From NCBI GenBank assembly GCA_965205075.1, contig OZ242036.1:1897318-1961317 (forward strand): a stretch of DNA of 64,000 nucleotides. The letters run 5' to 3'. Below are positions 46,842 through 56,945 of the stretch, in pieces (position 1 is the stretch's first letter; every line of letters begins with the position of its first letter). The stretch is from Candidatus Poribacteria bacterium (GTDB lineage Bacteria > Poribacteria > WGA-4E > PCPOR2b). Both the position numbers and the translations under genes were made by a program. A model generated the notes under the pieces. That model saw only the letters and a list, made by a program, of their open reading frames with translations, was not told where the DNA came from and made no database searches.

Positions 46842-49595
46842 CTAGCGCCGCCGAGTCGTGAGGTTCAAGGGCAAAAATAACAGAACAGCACAGAAGGCAA
46901 GCATCCATTGCCACTCTTCGACGAGTGGAGCAAAACCAAATATTTGTTGCGTTGTTGGCAGGTAGACTATAGATAGATGCAGCGCAATACAAGCCAAGAT
47001 GGTAAAACATAAGGGAAGATTTGCCCTTATTCTTTGGAAAACAGTTTCCCAAAAGAGGCGATGGCACTGGAAACTTGAAATGAGCAAGCCCAAAATCAAT
47101 GTTGTACATGCTGCGGTTTGTGCAGCGGCATGGGGGTTCTGCTGCATCGGGTCTGAATTTACGGCTGTGAGAATAAAGCTAAAAATAGTCATTGACGCAA
47201 TGACAAGGCTGCGCAGCAACGTATCGTAGAAATCAGCTCGTGATAGGAAGGGTGGAATCTTTTGAGGTCTGCTGTATCTAATGTCACTACGCACACGATC
47301 ATACCCCAGACTCACCAGTGGTATCAAACTTACGAGTAGATGAACCCAGAACAACTGCAGCAGGGTTAAGGGCATGGGTAACTCACGTAGCACAGGAAAA
47401 AAGAAACCGATATACGGTAGCGCGTATCCAATGATAAGCGTGATAACCTGTGCAAGGCTGCAGGAGAGCAGCCAACGCATTGAACTTCTTAAGTTGATAT
47501 AAGACTCCCGCACCTGACGCATGAGATTTGTGATGACACCAAAGCCGTCGTCAAGCACCACACACCCTGCGCGGTGTTGAACAATATGAGATGAGCGAGC
47601 AGCAGAAGCAAAACCAACATCTGCCATCCGCATCGCTCGCAAATCGAGCGGTGATTTACCCCAAAATCCAACAGAATAACCGAGGCGTTTTAGATGTTGT
47701 ACCAAATTCTGTTTCTGTTCGGCGGTAGGACGACAATATACCAGCAAGCGATTTACAATCGATTCATACTGCTCATCACTGAATTCAGCTAAGTCTTCTT
47801 GCGTAACAACCCCGTATTTATCCTGAACAATAGCCAATTCTTTGGCAATATCCAGAGCAGCGTTCCTATCTCTATCCGTTATTGTGACAATTTTAAGTCC
47901 TGCATCAAGACTATATTGGATGATCTCCTTTGAATCAGGGTACTCTAGCTCCATGAAAGTAATGAAGCCTAAAAAGGTCATGTTAGGCTGCGTCTCTTCC
48001 ACTGGAGGCGGGGTGTTTAGGTTTCGATAAGCGACAGCGAAGGCTTGTGTTTTGCTATTTGATAGGTATTCAATTGCTTGATGTATCAACTGCTTCTGAT
48101 CGAAATTCATATAATTAGCATTTCCATCAAGTTGAATACGATGACAAGTCTGTAGTATTGCCTCCGCATCTCCAAACATTAGCTTTATGAACCTTCCATC
48201 TTGGAGTGCAAAAACCACCGTTTTATAGGGGCGTTCTGATGTCTGAATCTGTTCATCAATTTTAGTGAAAGCCTCATTGTAACGGTCCAAGTCAAATCCA
48301 ATTCTTTCGGCAATTTGGTTTAACGCGGTGCTCACGCTTACTTCCGCTACGGTCGAAGTTTCCTCCATACCACTCTTGATCGCATCATCGGCACAGCGAT
48401 TTGCAAGGAGAATCAACAGCGGAAATTCCTGTGGCACCTCTGAATCGGGTAACGCCGTTGAAATTGTCTCTTCGCCAATCTCCTCTGCCAGATGTTGATC
48501 GCGGGACTTCAACCAAGCTTCCCACGTCTCCTGATCGATGAGACTGTCACCGACAAAAACGTGCGAAACGGTCATCTCCTCCGTCATAAAATTGCCGACT
48601 TCATCAACACAGACTGCCGTAAGTTTGCTCAGTCGTTCCAGATTGACAAGATTGCGAATTGCGATCCCTCTCTGTAGAAGTGTATAGGCGTGCTGTGTAA
48701 GGATGGCTCGACTCGTTGAGGCAAGCCCTTCTGGAATTGCAGCGACGACAAAACCGAATCCAAGAAATAGGAGTTCACTCCAATGGGAACTTTTTTCTTG
48801 AAGCAGAAACGCTAGGCCAATCGCTACCACGCCCAATATGCCCCCGACAATGCGGAAATAGTCGTAAAAAATGCCCATCTGGACTTCTGCTTCGGCATCT
48901 AGGTCAACCATCTCGGGCGTACGTTTCTCGGATTTGCTTATTTCCAACTGCTCGCCGATCCCAACAACAATCGCCTGGCCTTCTCCTTCAAGAATATAGG
49001 TCCCAGCAAAGAGCATGTTACTTTGCTTGCCGGGCGGTAAGTTAGGAGTAGAGATATCCTCATCGGTTTTTTGCGTGTAGGTTGCCGTTCCAAACACCGG
49101 CGCTTCATCGACCACCAATGCGTCAGCCTCAACAATGCGGGCATCAGCTGGAACATAGTCACCTTCCCTCAGGAGCAATAGATCTCCGGGGACAATCACC
49201 GTAGGTGGAAGTTTGATAACACGCTCATCGCGAATAACGGACACACTAACTTCTAAATGGGTTTTAATAGACTGTAACTGAGAGCGTGCCCGTCCAGCCT
49301 GAATAAATCGCCAGAGAACATGAAAACAGAGAATGGACGAAAATACTAAGATTTCGTGAATCGCACGTTGGAGGTAGAAAAGGAGGCAGATAACAACGAA
49401 CAGGAGTATGACAGTTAAATTGGCAAATTGTTTCAGTAGGAGGGCAAAAAGTGAACGTTCATGGGGTTGCAGGACTTCGTTGCTTCCATATTTGCTGCGT
49501 TGGGAAGTAGCTTCCTCACTGCTTAATCCACGTTCGAGATCTGTTTTGAATTCATGCAGAAGATGTGGAATTTTTTGGGAGTACCAATTTGACAT
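46842..49595 (-). CDS. P-type ATPase homologue with degenerate catalytic motifs (probable pseudo-ATPase)
   Basis: Cation_ATPase_N-like start (GLSSEEATSQRSKYGSNEV), an actuator domain, about 10 TM segments and a HAD-like domain. TGES is FGTA, DKTGT is DEVGN, TGD is TDR, and GDGVND is GKSPLD. Confidence 0.65.
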   Translation of the reverse strand: MSNWYSQKIPHLLHEFKTDLERGLSSEEATSQRSKYGSNEVLQPHERSLFALLLKQFANLTVILLFVVICLLFYLQRAIHEILVFSSILCFHVLWRFIQAGRARSQLQSIKTHLEVSVSVIRDERVIKLPPTVIVPGDLLLLREGDYVPADARIVEADALVVDEAPVFGTATYTQKTDEDISTPNLPPGKQSNMLFAGTYILEGEGQAIVVGIGEQLEISKSEKRTPEMVDLDAEAEVQMGIFYDYFRIVGGILGVVAIGLAFLLQEKSSHWSELLFLGFGFVVAAIPEGLASTSRAILTQHAYTLLQRGIAIRNLVNLERLSKLTAVCVDEVGNFMTEEMTVSHVFVGDSLIDQETWEAWLKSRDQHLAEEIGEETISTALPDSEVPQEFPLLILLANRCADDAIKSGMEETSTVAEVSVSTALNQIAERIGFDLDRYNEAFTKIDEQIQTSERPYKTVVFALQDGRFIKLMFGDAEAILQTCHRIQLDGNANYMNFDQKQLIHQAIEYLSNSKTQAFAVAYRNLNTPPPVEETQPNMTFLGFITFMELEYPDSKEIIQYSLDAGLKIVTITDRDRNAALDIAKELAIVQDKYGVVTQEDLAEFSDEQYESIVNRLLVYCRPTAEQKQNLVQHLKRLGYSVGFWGKSPLDLRAMRMADVGFASAARSSHIVQHRAGCVVLDDGFGVITNLMRQVRESYINLRSSMRWLLSCSLAQVITLIIGYALPYIGFFFPVLRELPMPLTLLQLFWVHLLVSLIPLVSLGYDRVRSDIRYSRPQKIPPFLSRADFYDTLLRSLVIASMTIFSFILTAVNSDPMQQNPHAAAQTAACTTLILGLLISSFQCHRLFWETVFQRIRANLPLCFTILACIALHLSIVYLPTTQQIFGFAPLVEEWQWMLAFCAVLLFLPLNLTTRRR

Positions 49596-49746
49596 AGTTC
49601 ACAATTCTTGTCTAAAAACTGAAGAAAGTATGAGAGATAAGACAGTTGACTAAGGATTCAACTGAGTCAAATAGGACCTGTCCGCTAAAATCTGCCCTGT
49701 TCTAAAGAGCGGAGTTATATTTTACCACGTAATCATATGTCTGAAA

Positions 49747-49786
49747 ACAAAAAAAGCCTCGCCTAATGACGAGGCTTTAATTTTGA
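49747..49786 (-). terminator. Rho-independent terminator downstream of rpmA (bidirectional-looking)
   Basis: Hairpin AAGCCTCG-CCTAATGA-CGAGGCTT flanked by an A-run upstream and a T-run downstream on the plus strand. Confidence 0.6.
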
Positions 49787-49807
49787 CAGAGCTGATGGAA
49801 TAAGTAG

Positions 49808-50074
49808 TTAAAAATCGGGACGGTCTGGATAAACACTAACTTTCCTACGGAACTTATCCTTGCGCTCAAACCAGACATAGCCATCAATTTTCGAGAACAG
49901 CGTGTAATCGTTTCCAACCCCCACGTTGCTTCCGGGGTGGATGTGTGTGCCGCGTTGTCGAACCAGAATACTCCCTGCGGTCACAGCGCTGCCAGCAAAC
50001 TGCTTGACACCAAGCCGTTTACCGATACTATCTCGTCCATTGCTCGTACTTCCGCCACCTTTTTTATGAGCCAT
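49808..50074 (-). CDS. rpmA: 50S ribosomal protein L27
   Basis: [16 protein letters not shown]...canonical L27 N-terminus. Confidence 0.9.
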   Translation of the reverse strand: MAHKKGGGSTSNGRDSIGKRLGVKQFAGSAVTAGSILVRQRGTHIHPGSNVGVGNDYTLFSKIDGYVWFERKDKFRRKVSVYPDRPDF

Positions 50075-50417
50075 TTTCGTCCCCTCCTTCAGATGGGTTA
50101 TTTCCGTCTCGGATTTCAGTTATGCGTAGTCGGGTAAATTGCTGACGGTGCCCAAGTTTTCGCTTATACCCTTTACGTCTTTTCGACTTGAAAACGACAA
50201 TTTTTTTATCCTTAGCTTGTTGTACGACTTCACCGACAACAGCGGCATCTTCGAGGTATGGCGTGCCAACCTGCACATTGCCGTTACTGTCGCCTATGGC
50301 CAATATTTCCGATAGGGTCACTTCTTCACCGACAGGGGTATCTAACTTTTCAACATCAATTAGCGTATCCACCTGAACACGATGCTGTTTCCCACCCGAG
50401 GCAAATACAGCATACAT
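50064..50417 (-). CDS. rplU: 50S ribosomal protein L21
   Basis: [15 protein letters not shown]...[21 protein letters not shown] matches the L21 family. Its C-terminal tail overlaps the rpmA start by 11 nt. Confidence 0.85.
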   Translation of the reverse strand: MYAVFASGGKQHRVQVDTLIDVEKLDTPVGEEVTLSEILAIGDSNGNVQVGTPYLEDAAVVGEVVQQAKDKKIVVFKSKRRKGYKRKLGHRQQFTRLRITEIRDGNNPSEGGDENGS

Positions 50418-50518
50418 CTTTCTTTCTCCTTAAAAAATCTGTGTAGTGTTGACGTCCCCTTCAAAACAGGCGGAGACGCGAGCAGAAATTATAACAGAAA
50501 TTTTCTCAACAGTCAATG

Positions 50519-52066
50519 TTAATTCAAGTAAATCTCACGATTAGAACCTTCTGCAAAGATTTGATAATCCTCAAGATGTACATCCGCATCCCCTTGCAGC
50601 CGAATCTGTAGATTCATTGACTTTTCAAGTTGGCGCAATCGACCAACTTTATCATCAAGGAGATGAGATACAATATGTTCATTTGCAACCACTCTCAAAC
50701 GCCGTTTACGGGATTTCCGATGGGCTTTCTTGACAGATCGGAGTAGATCAATCGTAATGGTATCAGTCGAAAGGACTGAACCGTGTCCATCGCAATAGGG
50801 ACAAGATTCAGTAAGAACAGTTGCCAAGCTGGGCCGCGTCCGCTGCCGTGTCATTTCCACAAGTCCAAGATCGGAGATGTGTAACAGATTGGTTCGAGCA
50901 CGATCCTTGTCTAACGCCTTTTGTAGCAGCTTATAGACCCTTCGTCGATGTTCGGGGTCGTCCATATCAATAAAATCAATGACGATAATCCCCCCAAGGT
51001 CCCTTAGGCGAATCTGCCGCACTACTTCTTCAACAGCCTCTAGGTTTGCACTCAAGATGGTGCTGTCGGGGTCTCCTTTCCCAACAAATTTCCCTGTATT
51101 GACATCAATAGAAACCATTGCTTCGGTCTGTTGAATAACGAGGTGTCCACCACATTTGAGCCAGATTTTTTCACTCAGTGCCTTTTTGAGTTCTTTATCG
51201 ATGCCGTAGGCTTCAAAAATGGGGGTTGATTTGTCATAGAACTTAACCTGTGAGCGTAGTTCAGAGCCAGAAGACGAAAGATAGTCCATCGCATCCTGAT
51301 ACTGCTCTTTGGAATCGATGACAAGCCGTGTGACTTCACTTGTGAACGAATCTCGAATAATTCGAACAATAAAACTGTGCTCCTTATGGACAAGGCTAGG
51401 AGCAGGGACCTTCTCAGCTTGTTGGGTAATACGTTTCCATTGTTCGACCAGGTACTGAATTTCTCCGGCAAAGTCCTCTTCACTCTTTCCTTCAGCAGAG
51501 GTCCGAATAATGAACCCACCTTCGACATCAGCGCGTATTGCTTCGGCTATGTCCCTGAGACGCTGCCTTTCTTCTGTTGATTCAATCCGTCGAGAAACGC
51601 CGATATTCGACGCAGTCGGCAGATAGACGACATAACGCCCGGGCAGCGTGATACAGGTTGTCACCCGGGGCCCCTTTGTGCCGATCGGCTCTTTTCCAAC
51701 CTGTACCAGGATTTCTTGATTTGGGTGAATTAGGTCACTAATAGAATAGGAATACCCTCTGCCGGGTTTTGGCGAATTGGTGGACTTTCTATTTACATCG
51801 AGTTTTGCGGAATCGTCATTGGAGCTATCTTCTTCCAAATCGCGAATAATATCCGAAATATGCAGAAAAGCATGTCGCTCCAGTCCAATGTTCACGAAAG
51901 CAATCTGCATACCGGGAAGGACGTTCTCTACGCGACCTTTATAGGTGTTATTGAGCGTATGCTCGTCATTTTTGCGTTCAATATCAATCTCAGTCAGAAC
52001 GCCATCTTCAAGTATAGCACATCGCGTTTCAAATTCATCGTCAGAAATAATAATCTCTTTTTGCAT
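50519..52066 (-). CDS. rng: Ribonuclease E/G-family endoribonuclease (catalytic domain only)
   Basis: S1 domain plus the RNase E/G catalytic core. About 515 aa. GGAGG 6 nt before the ATG at 52066. Confidence 0.8.
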   Translation of the reverse strand: MQKEIIISDDEFETRCAILEDGVLTEIDIERKNDEHTLNNTYKGRVENVLPGMQIAFVNIGLERHAFLHISDIIRDLEEDSSNDDSAKLDVNRKSTNSPKPGRGYSYSISDLIHPNQEILVQVGKEPIGTKGPRVTTCITLPGRYVVYLPTASNIGVSRRIESTEERQRLRDIAEAIRADVEGGFIIRTSAEGKSEEDFAGEIQYLVEQWKRITQQAEKVPAPSLVHKEHSFIVRIIRDSFTSEVTRLVIDSKEQYQDAMDYLSSSGSELRSQVKFYDKSTPIFEAYGIDKELKKALSEKIWLKCGGHLVIQQTEAMVSIDVNTGKFVGKGDPDSTILSANLEAVEEVVRQIRLRDLGGIIVIDFIDMDDPEHRRRVYKLLQKALDKDRARTNLLHISDLGLVEMTRQRTRPSLATVLTESCPYCDGHGSVLSTDTITIDLLRSVKKAHRKSRKRRLRVVANEHIVSHLLDDKVGRLRQLEKSMNLQIRLQGDADVHLEDYQIFAEGSNREIYLN

Positions 52067-52663
52067 TGTCGCCTCCGTCCTTAAGTTCAAGAACTAGGTC
52101 ACATAACTCACAGCTAGTCTATCTATGGAGGCAACGAACAAAACAATCAAGCTTAGGAAAAAGTAATCTTTTAATCAATAATGGTAGCCCGTATGCGTTT
52201 GCACTGTCAGGGCATAGCGTACGATATCGCCCCGGCGTAAGACCCACGATAGATACAGATTCACGTTTTTCTTCTCCGTTATTACTGTACCATCACTATA
52301 TTCATGATAATCTTCACCGTGACCGCATCCAAAGCTGAAACGCGACACGCTTCTCTCATCACATTTCATGTATTTTATCCAAATCCTTAGACTATTAAGA
52401 ACATCGTAAGAATTTGAAAATTAAAAGATTAAATGAGCATGTGCACTTTCACTAAATACGTGACAAAACCTCATGAGAACAGGATAAACATCAGAAATGC
52501 CAGGCCGTTAGGAGTAGGGAGAAAGTAGAGTGTGAGGAATCGTTCCTGCACCCGTTTACTTTCCGACTGTGTATACTCCCGCAATAGACGGGAAATGCTG
52601 TTCTACGAAATTCTTCACAGGTCATCTGTGAGTACACTCTTTCAACCTGATTTACTTAAAACC

Positions 52664-54238
52664 TTAACTTTGTTCGCGCGGAGTCATTGTGACCACTGGT
52701 ATAATCAATTCTCCCGTTGAGATGCCTCCATGTTGGAAGCCACCTCGAAACTGGCGGGTATATTCGTTGAATTGATTGGGGTAAACAAAATAATAATCTT
52801 CTTTTGCAATAATGTAGTTTTTACTTGAGTTATCGGCAGGTAGTCTATACCGTTTCGGATCATCAATATAAATGGCTTGATCGGCATCGCAGCCTAAATT
52901 TGTACCAACCTTGAAGCGCAGACTTGTAGAAGTTTCACGGTTTCCATACGCTCTTGATGGTCGATTACAGAGCACCGAACCGTGATCTGATGTTAGAACG
53001 ATAACAGCATCCTGCTTCGATATAATTTTTAGGATCTCGAACAGCGCTGAGTGAGCGAACCACGACTTTGTCAGAGATTGAAAGGCGGATTCATCCGGTG
53101 CGATCTGTTGGAGAATATCTGATTGTGAACGCTGATGCGTCAACATATCAATAAAATTTACGACCAAAGCGGATAGGCTGATTCGATCAAATGAAGAAAC
53201 TTGGCGTATAAACTCATTGCCACCTTTAATATCGAAGATCTTAAAGTACTTTAATCCCGGCTTAAGTTTGATTCCTGCACGTTGGAGTTGGAGTTGGAGG
53301 AGTTGCCTTTCATAACGGTTCGTGCTGGTTTCGTCCGCAGCGTCCTCCTGCCAATACTGTGGGAATCTTTCCGCTAGCTCTTGCGGAAACAGACCACTAA
53401 AAATTGCGTTACGTGAGTAGAGCGTTGCGCTCGGTAAAATTGAAAAATAGTAGTCCCTATCAATATAGAAATAGGGTTGGAGTATGGATTCAATTGCTAT
53501 CCAATGATCTAGGCGTAGACAGTCAACGACAATCAGATACAGCTGGCGCTCCTGACGCAGATGGGGGATAACAAATTTATCAACAACATCAACAGACAGA
53601 ATTGGAGAATCTTCGCCCTTTAGCCACCGCAGGTAGTTTTCCTGTACATAATCAGAAAACAGGGCGTTACATTCTTTTTTTTGCTCCAAATGTGTTTCTT
53701 CAAGCCCTGTTTGTGCCAAGTGATTTAGCTCAAGATCCCATTCGAGCAATTTCAGATAGATTTCTATCCATTCCCGCCAGTCTGGATTTGCATCTTTACT
53801 AGCACGGATTTGGTTAAAATCGTGGGTATAGTTGCGTGGCACCTGTGATTCAATGATATTCGTCTGATCCAGTACCCGCTTTAGGGTCGAAGCGATTTGA
53901 GAAACGCCAATGGGCTTCACCAAAAAGTCGCTAACCCGTTTTCCTAGTGCCTCATCAATTAACTGATCTTCGCTGCCTTGCGTGACCATAATCACGGGTA
54001 AGATGGGGTTAATTTCACGGATTCGGTCGAGTGTTGCCATACCATCCTGCCCTGGCATCACCTGATCAAGCAAAACAGCGTCGTAATAGGATTCCTTGAG
54101 TAGTGAAATCGCATCAGTTCCATTGGAAACTGGTGTGACATCGTAAGATTTCTCACGGAGAAGAAGAATATGGGGTTTCAGCGCATCAATCTCATCATCA
54201 ACCCAAAGGATTTTACGCGTTATGTTTTGCGCTAACAC
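52664..54238 (-). CDS. Response regulator with REC plus PglZ (alkaline-phosphatase-like) domains, PorX-like
   Basis: REC N-terminus (ILWVDDEID...VLLDQVMPGQDG...FLVKP) and C-terminal LTSDHGS PglZ/AlkP-core motif. GTG start, AAAGGGG RBS. Overlaps the kinase gene end. Confidence 0.65.
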   Translation of the reverse strand: MLAQNITRKILWVDDEIDALKPHILLLREKSYDVTPVSNGTDAISLLKESYYDAVLLDQVMPGQDGMATLDRIREINPILPVIMVTQGSEDQLIDEALGKRVSDFLVKPIGVSQIASTLKRVLDQTNIIESQVPRNYTHDFNQIRASKDANPDWREWIEIYLKLLEWDLELNHLAQTGLEETHLEQKKECNALFSDYVQENYLRWLKGEDSPILSVDVVDKFVIPHLRQERQLYLIVVDCLRLDHWIAIESILQPYFYIDRDYYFSILPSATLYSRNAIFSGLFPQELAERFPQYWQEDAADETSTNRYERQLLQLQLQRAGIKLKPGLKYFKIFDIKGGNEFIRQVSSFDRISLSALVVNFIDMLTHQRSQSDILQQIAPDESAFQSLTKSWFAHSALFEILKIISKQDAVIVLTSDHGSVLCNRPSRAYGNRETSTSLRFKVGTNLGCDADQAIYIDDPKRYRLPADNSSKNYIIAKEDYYFVYPNQFNEYTRQFRGGFQHGGISTGELIIPVVTMTPREQS

Positions 54239-55811
54239 TTTGTTCCCCTTTCTTTCTCTCCTTAAACTTCAGCCAGAATATTGAAATTTTCGTCAGCAGT
54301 TTGGCTGTTTTCTGATCCCCAGCCGTTTCTACGGGCAATACGATCTCAAAGGTTGTTCCTTGCGAACTGGTATGAATGAGTCGAATCTGTCCATGATGAT
54401 ATGCCTCAATGATTCGTTTAACCAACGTCAAACCAAGTCCCCATCCATGTTTTTTCGTTGTCATCCCCGGCCGAAAGATTTTATTCCTGTTTTGCCGAGG
54501 AATTCCTTGACCATTATCTTTATATAGGACGACAATCTGATGCTCCTTCGGATGGAGCTGCGGATCGATTTCGATGATACCATTTTCTTTATCTATCGCA
54601 TCGAGTGAATTCCGAATTAGATTTTCAAAAACCCATTGTAGTAGATCCGCATTCGCCACAATTTCGGGAAGTTCGCGGTCAACGACGCGCAGTTCAACCT
54701 GCTTGCTGAGATTCGGCAAACGCTTTTGGAAATAAGCAACAGCATCACCGATTACTGAATTGATATCGATCCGGGTTTGTTGTGGGAACGATCCAATCTT
54801 GCCGAAACGTTCTGTAATACGCTGGAGCCGAGTGAGATCACTTTGCATATTTGCATAAATCTCGGCGGTAGTAGTATCGCCTCGCTGCTTGTCCAACTCC
54901 ATTGATAGCTCAACCCAGCCCATCAAGGAAGAGATCGGTGTACCAAGTTGATGTGCGGTCTCCTTGGCAAGGCCTCCCCAAATCGACGCTTGCTCAATGG
55001 TCTTAATCCGTCGATAACTCAAAAAGCCGACAATCAAAACCGTTGAGAACACTACCACTAACACGACAGGCATGACGAAGATAGCGTAGTCAGGGATGAC
55101 TTCATAGTACAGATCGCCCTGAAGGGTGCCGGGGTTAGTTAGCAATGGGACGTATCGCTCCATGGCTTCGGAATTGCGCACGAACATCTCTGCCCGCTTG
55201 TATTGTTCGGGTGTAGCGGTCTCTGGTGTGAGCAGTCGATCCCATATCTTCCACTGGCGTGGGTTGTTTTTTAAGTCCGTGATGACGAAGGGGAGCTGAT
55301 CTATCGCATCTGCGCCCGCCACACCATGATAAAAATAGCCATCAATTAGGAAATAACGGAGCGGTATCGGTTTGTTCCGTTTCATCCGATTGAGAATGTC
55401 AATGAGCTTTGACTTCTCAGCGTCAGAGAGCGGGAGGTCATTATAAATCTTGTTTTCAATAGTCTTGTCGCTGAGATTTTTAGCGATCTTGACCTGACCA
55501 TCCTCGGCATCGGTAATGATGAATGAGAGCCGGCTTTCAGCTAACAGTTCCTTTTTGATAATCTGGCTTAACCGGCTTTGGAGTTGTACATCGTTAATAG
55601 TGGGAAGTAAAGCTTCAAGCTTTGCCAGTGGCTGCACCTGCTTTTCAAAAACGTCATTACGTTGAAGCAGCAATCGGGTGTAATACACAAAGGCTAGCGA
55701 AAGAATTACAAGCCCGACAATAAAGTACGTCAACAAGAAATTAGAGGCAGCGTAGCCGGTGGATACAGTCCTCTGACGTTTGAAAAACATCTGTGTGCCC
55801 CAATCAAGCAC
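54213..55811 (-). CDS. Membrane-bound sensor histidine kinase (PorY-like partner)
   Basis: Two TM segments. H-box ETAHQLGTPISSL, N-box NLIRNSLDAI, and G-boxes DNGQGIP / GWGLGL. Confidence 0.8.
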   Translation of the reverse strand: MLDWGTQMFFKRQRTVSTGYAASNFLLTYFIVGLVILSLAFVYYTRLLLQRNDVFEKQVQPLAKLEALLPTINDVQLQSRLSQIIKKELLAESRLSFIITDAEDGQVKIAKNLSDKTIENKIYNDLPLSDAEKSKLIDILNRMKRNKPIPLRYFLIDGYFYHGVAGADAIDQLPFVITDLKNNPRQWKIWDRLLTPETATPEQYKRAEMFVRNSEAMERYVPLLTNPGTLQGDLYYEVIPDYAIFVMPVVLVVVFSTVLIVGFLSYRRIKTIEQASIWGGLAKETAHQLGTPISSLMGWVELSMELDKQRGDTTTAEIYANMQSDLTRLQRITERFGKIGSFPQQTRIDINSVIGDAVAYFQKRLPNLSKQVELRVVDRELPEIVANADLLQWVFENLIRNSLDAIDKENGIIEIDPQLHPKEHQIVVLYKDNGQGIPRQNRNKIFRPGMTTKKHGWGLGLTLVKRIIEAYHHGQIRLIHTSSQGTTFEIVLPVETAGDQKTAKLLTKISIFWLKFKERKKGEQSVSAKHNA

Positions 55812-55987
55812 GGCAGAATTTTATGCACGCACGAAATATATGTTTGATAGTATTGTATCAGACAACATAGTGTAAAGTCAAGGACTCGTTTGGCGCATTT
55901 CAAAAACAGGCTTGACATCACTCTGTCGATTCTTTTATAATCAACCTTAGTTCCTTCCACGCACGTCATGAGTACATAAAGGGGGTT

Positions 55988-56938
55988 TTGATGCGATCTG
56001 TCGACAATAAAATTCACTCCATCATCTTGATATTATCTCTATCTTTCTGGATTGGCTGCCAAGGCGGTGCTTTCAACGTCGGCGAGATTGGGACTAGCGA
56101 GAATCCGCTCCAAAAATCAGGCGAGTTGACGGAAAATGAGGTTTGGGCGGGGAAGATCCAAATTGTTGGTGATGTCATCGTCCCCGAAGGGAAGACGCTG
56201 ACCATCCGATCCGACTCGGTTGTCGGTCTCGATTCGGAAACTGGCACTCATCAACTGATTATCCGCGGATCGCTGTATGCAGAGGGCGATCCAGACCGTA
56301 TGATTATATTTGGTTTACTCGGATCCGAGACAAAACCGCCCAAAACCGGCGATTGGATCGGTATCCGATTTGAAGGGACTAGTCCCAACGCTCATCTGAG
56401 TTACTGCCGTATTCAGGAGGCTGACATAGCACTATCTTCCCAATCCGATGGTGTGCAAATTGAAAGTTGCCTGTTCCAAAATAACAAGATGGCAATTCTG
56501 TGCGACGATAGCTCCCCAATGATAAGCGACAATCAAATTGACAAAAATGGCACAGCAATTAAATGTCTGAAAAATGCGTCCCCAGAGATAACTCGAAACT
56601 CTATCCTAGCAAATGAGCTAGGGATTGTCTGCGATGATGACTCTCGACCGACGATTCATTACAACGAAATATCCAGTAACTATCAAGATGCAATTAGGTG
56701 TCACGCCTCTGCTTCACCTGAGATTGTGTCAAATAATATCACTACCAATGGAGGTTGGGCGGTATATGACGGTGGTCGCTTACGTGAAAATTATATTCGT
56801 GGGAATAAGGAGATAGGGCCCGACGTCGTTGACCGCAGCACGGGACGCGAGAGCGGGCAATTTTATGGTGTAGATGAAGTTTTAGATCCGCGCGCCGCCC
56901 CGGTGCCTGACGCCGGCACACAACGGGAAGGGTACTAG
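55988..56938 (+). CDS. Right-handed parallel beta-helix repeat lipoprotein (NosD/pectin-lyase-fold-like)
   Basis: Lipobox SFWIGC followed by tandem ~22-aa beta-helix repeats (…ISDNQIDKNGTAIKC…ITRNSILANELGIVC…). Confidence 0.65.
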   Translation: MMRSVDNKIHSIILILSLSFWIGCQGGAFNVGEIGTSENPLQKSGELTENEVWAGKIQIVGDVIVPEGKTLTIRSDSVVGLDSETGTHQLIIRGSLYAEGDPDRMIIFGLLGSETKPPKTGDWIGIRFEGTSPNAHLSYCRIQEADIALSSQSDGVQIESCLFQNNKMAILCDDSSPMISDNQIDKNGTAIKCLKNASPEITRNSILANELGIVCDDDSRPTIHYNEISSNYQDAIRCHASASPEIVSNNITTNGGWAVYDGGRLRENYIRGNKEIGPDVVDRSTGRESGQFYGVDEVLDPRAAPVPDAGTQREGY

Positions 56939-56945
56939 GCATGAT

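Noticed and set aside
52175-52369. 64-aa ORF in the rng / PorX-like intergenic region
   Set aside because: No RBS or recognisable family, and it sits in a likely promoter and 5'-UTR region. Cannot be supported as a gene.
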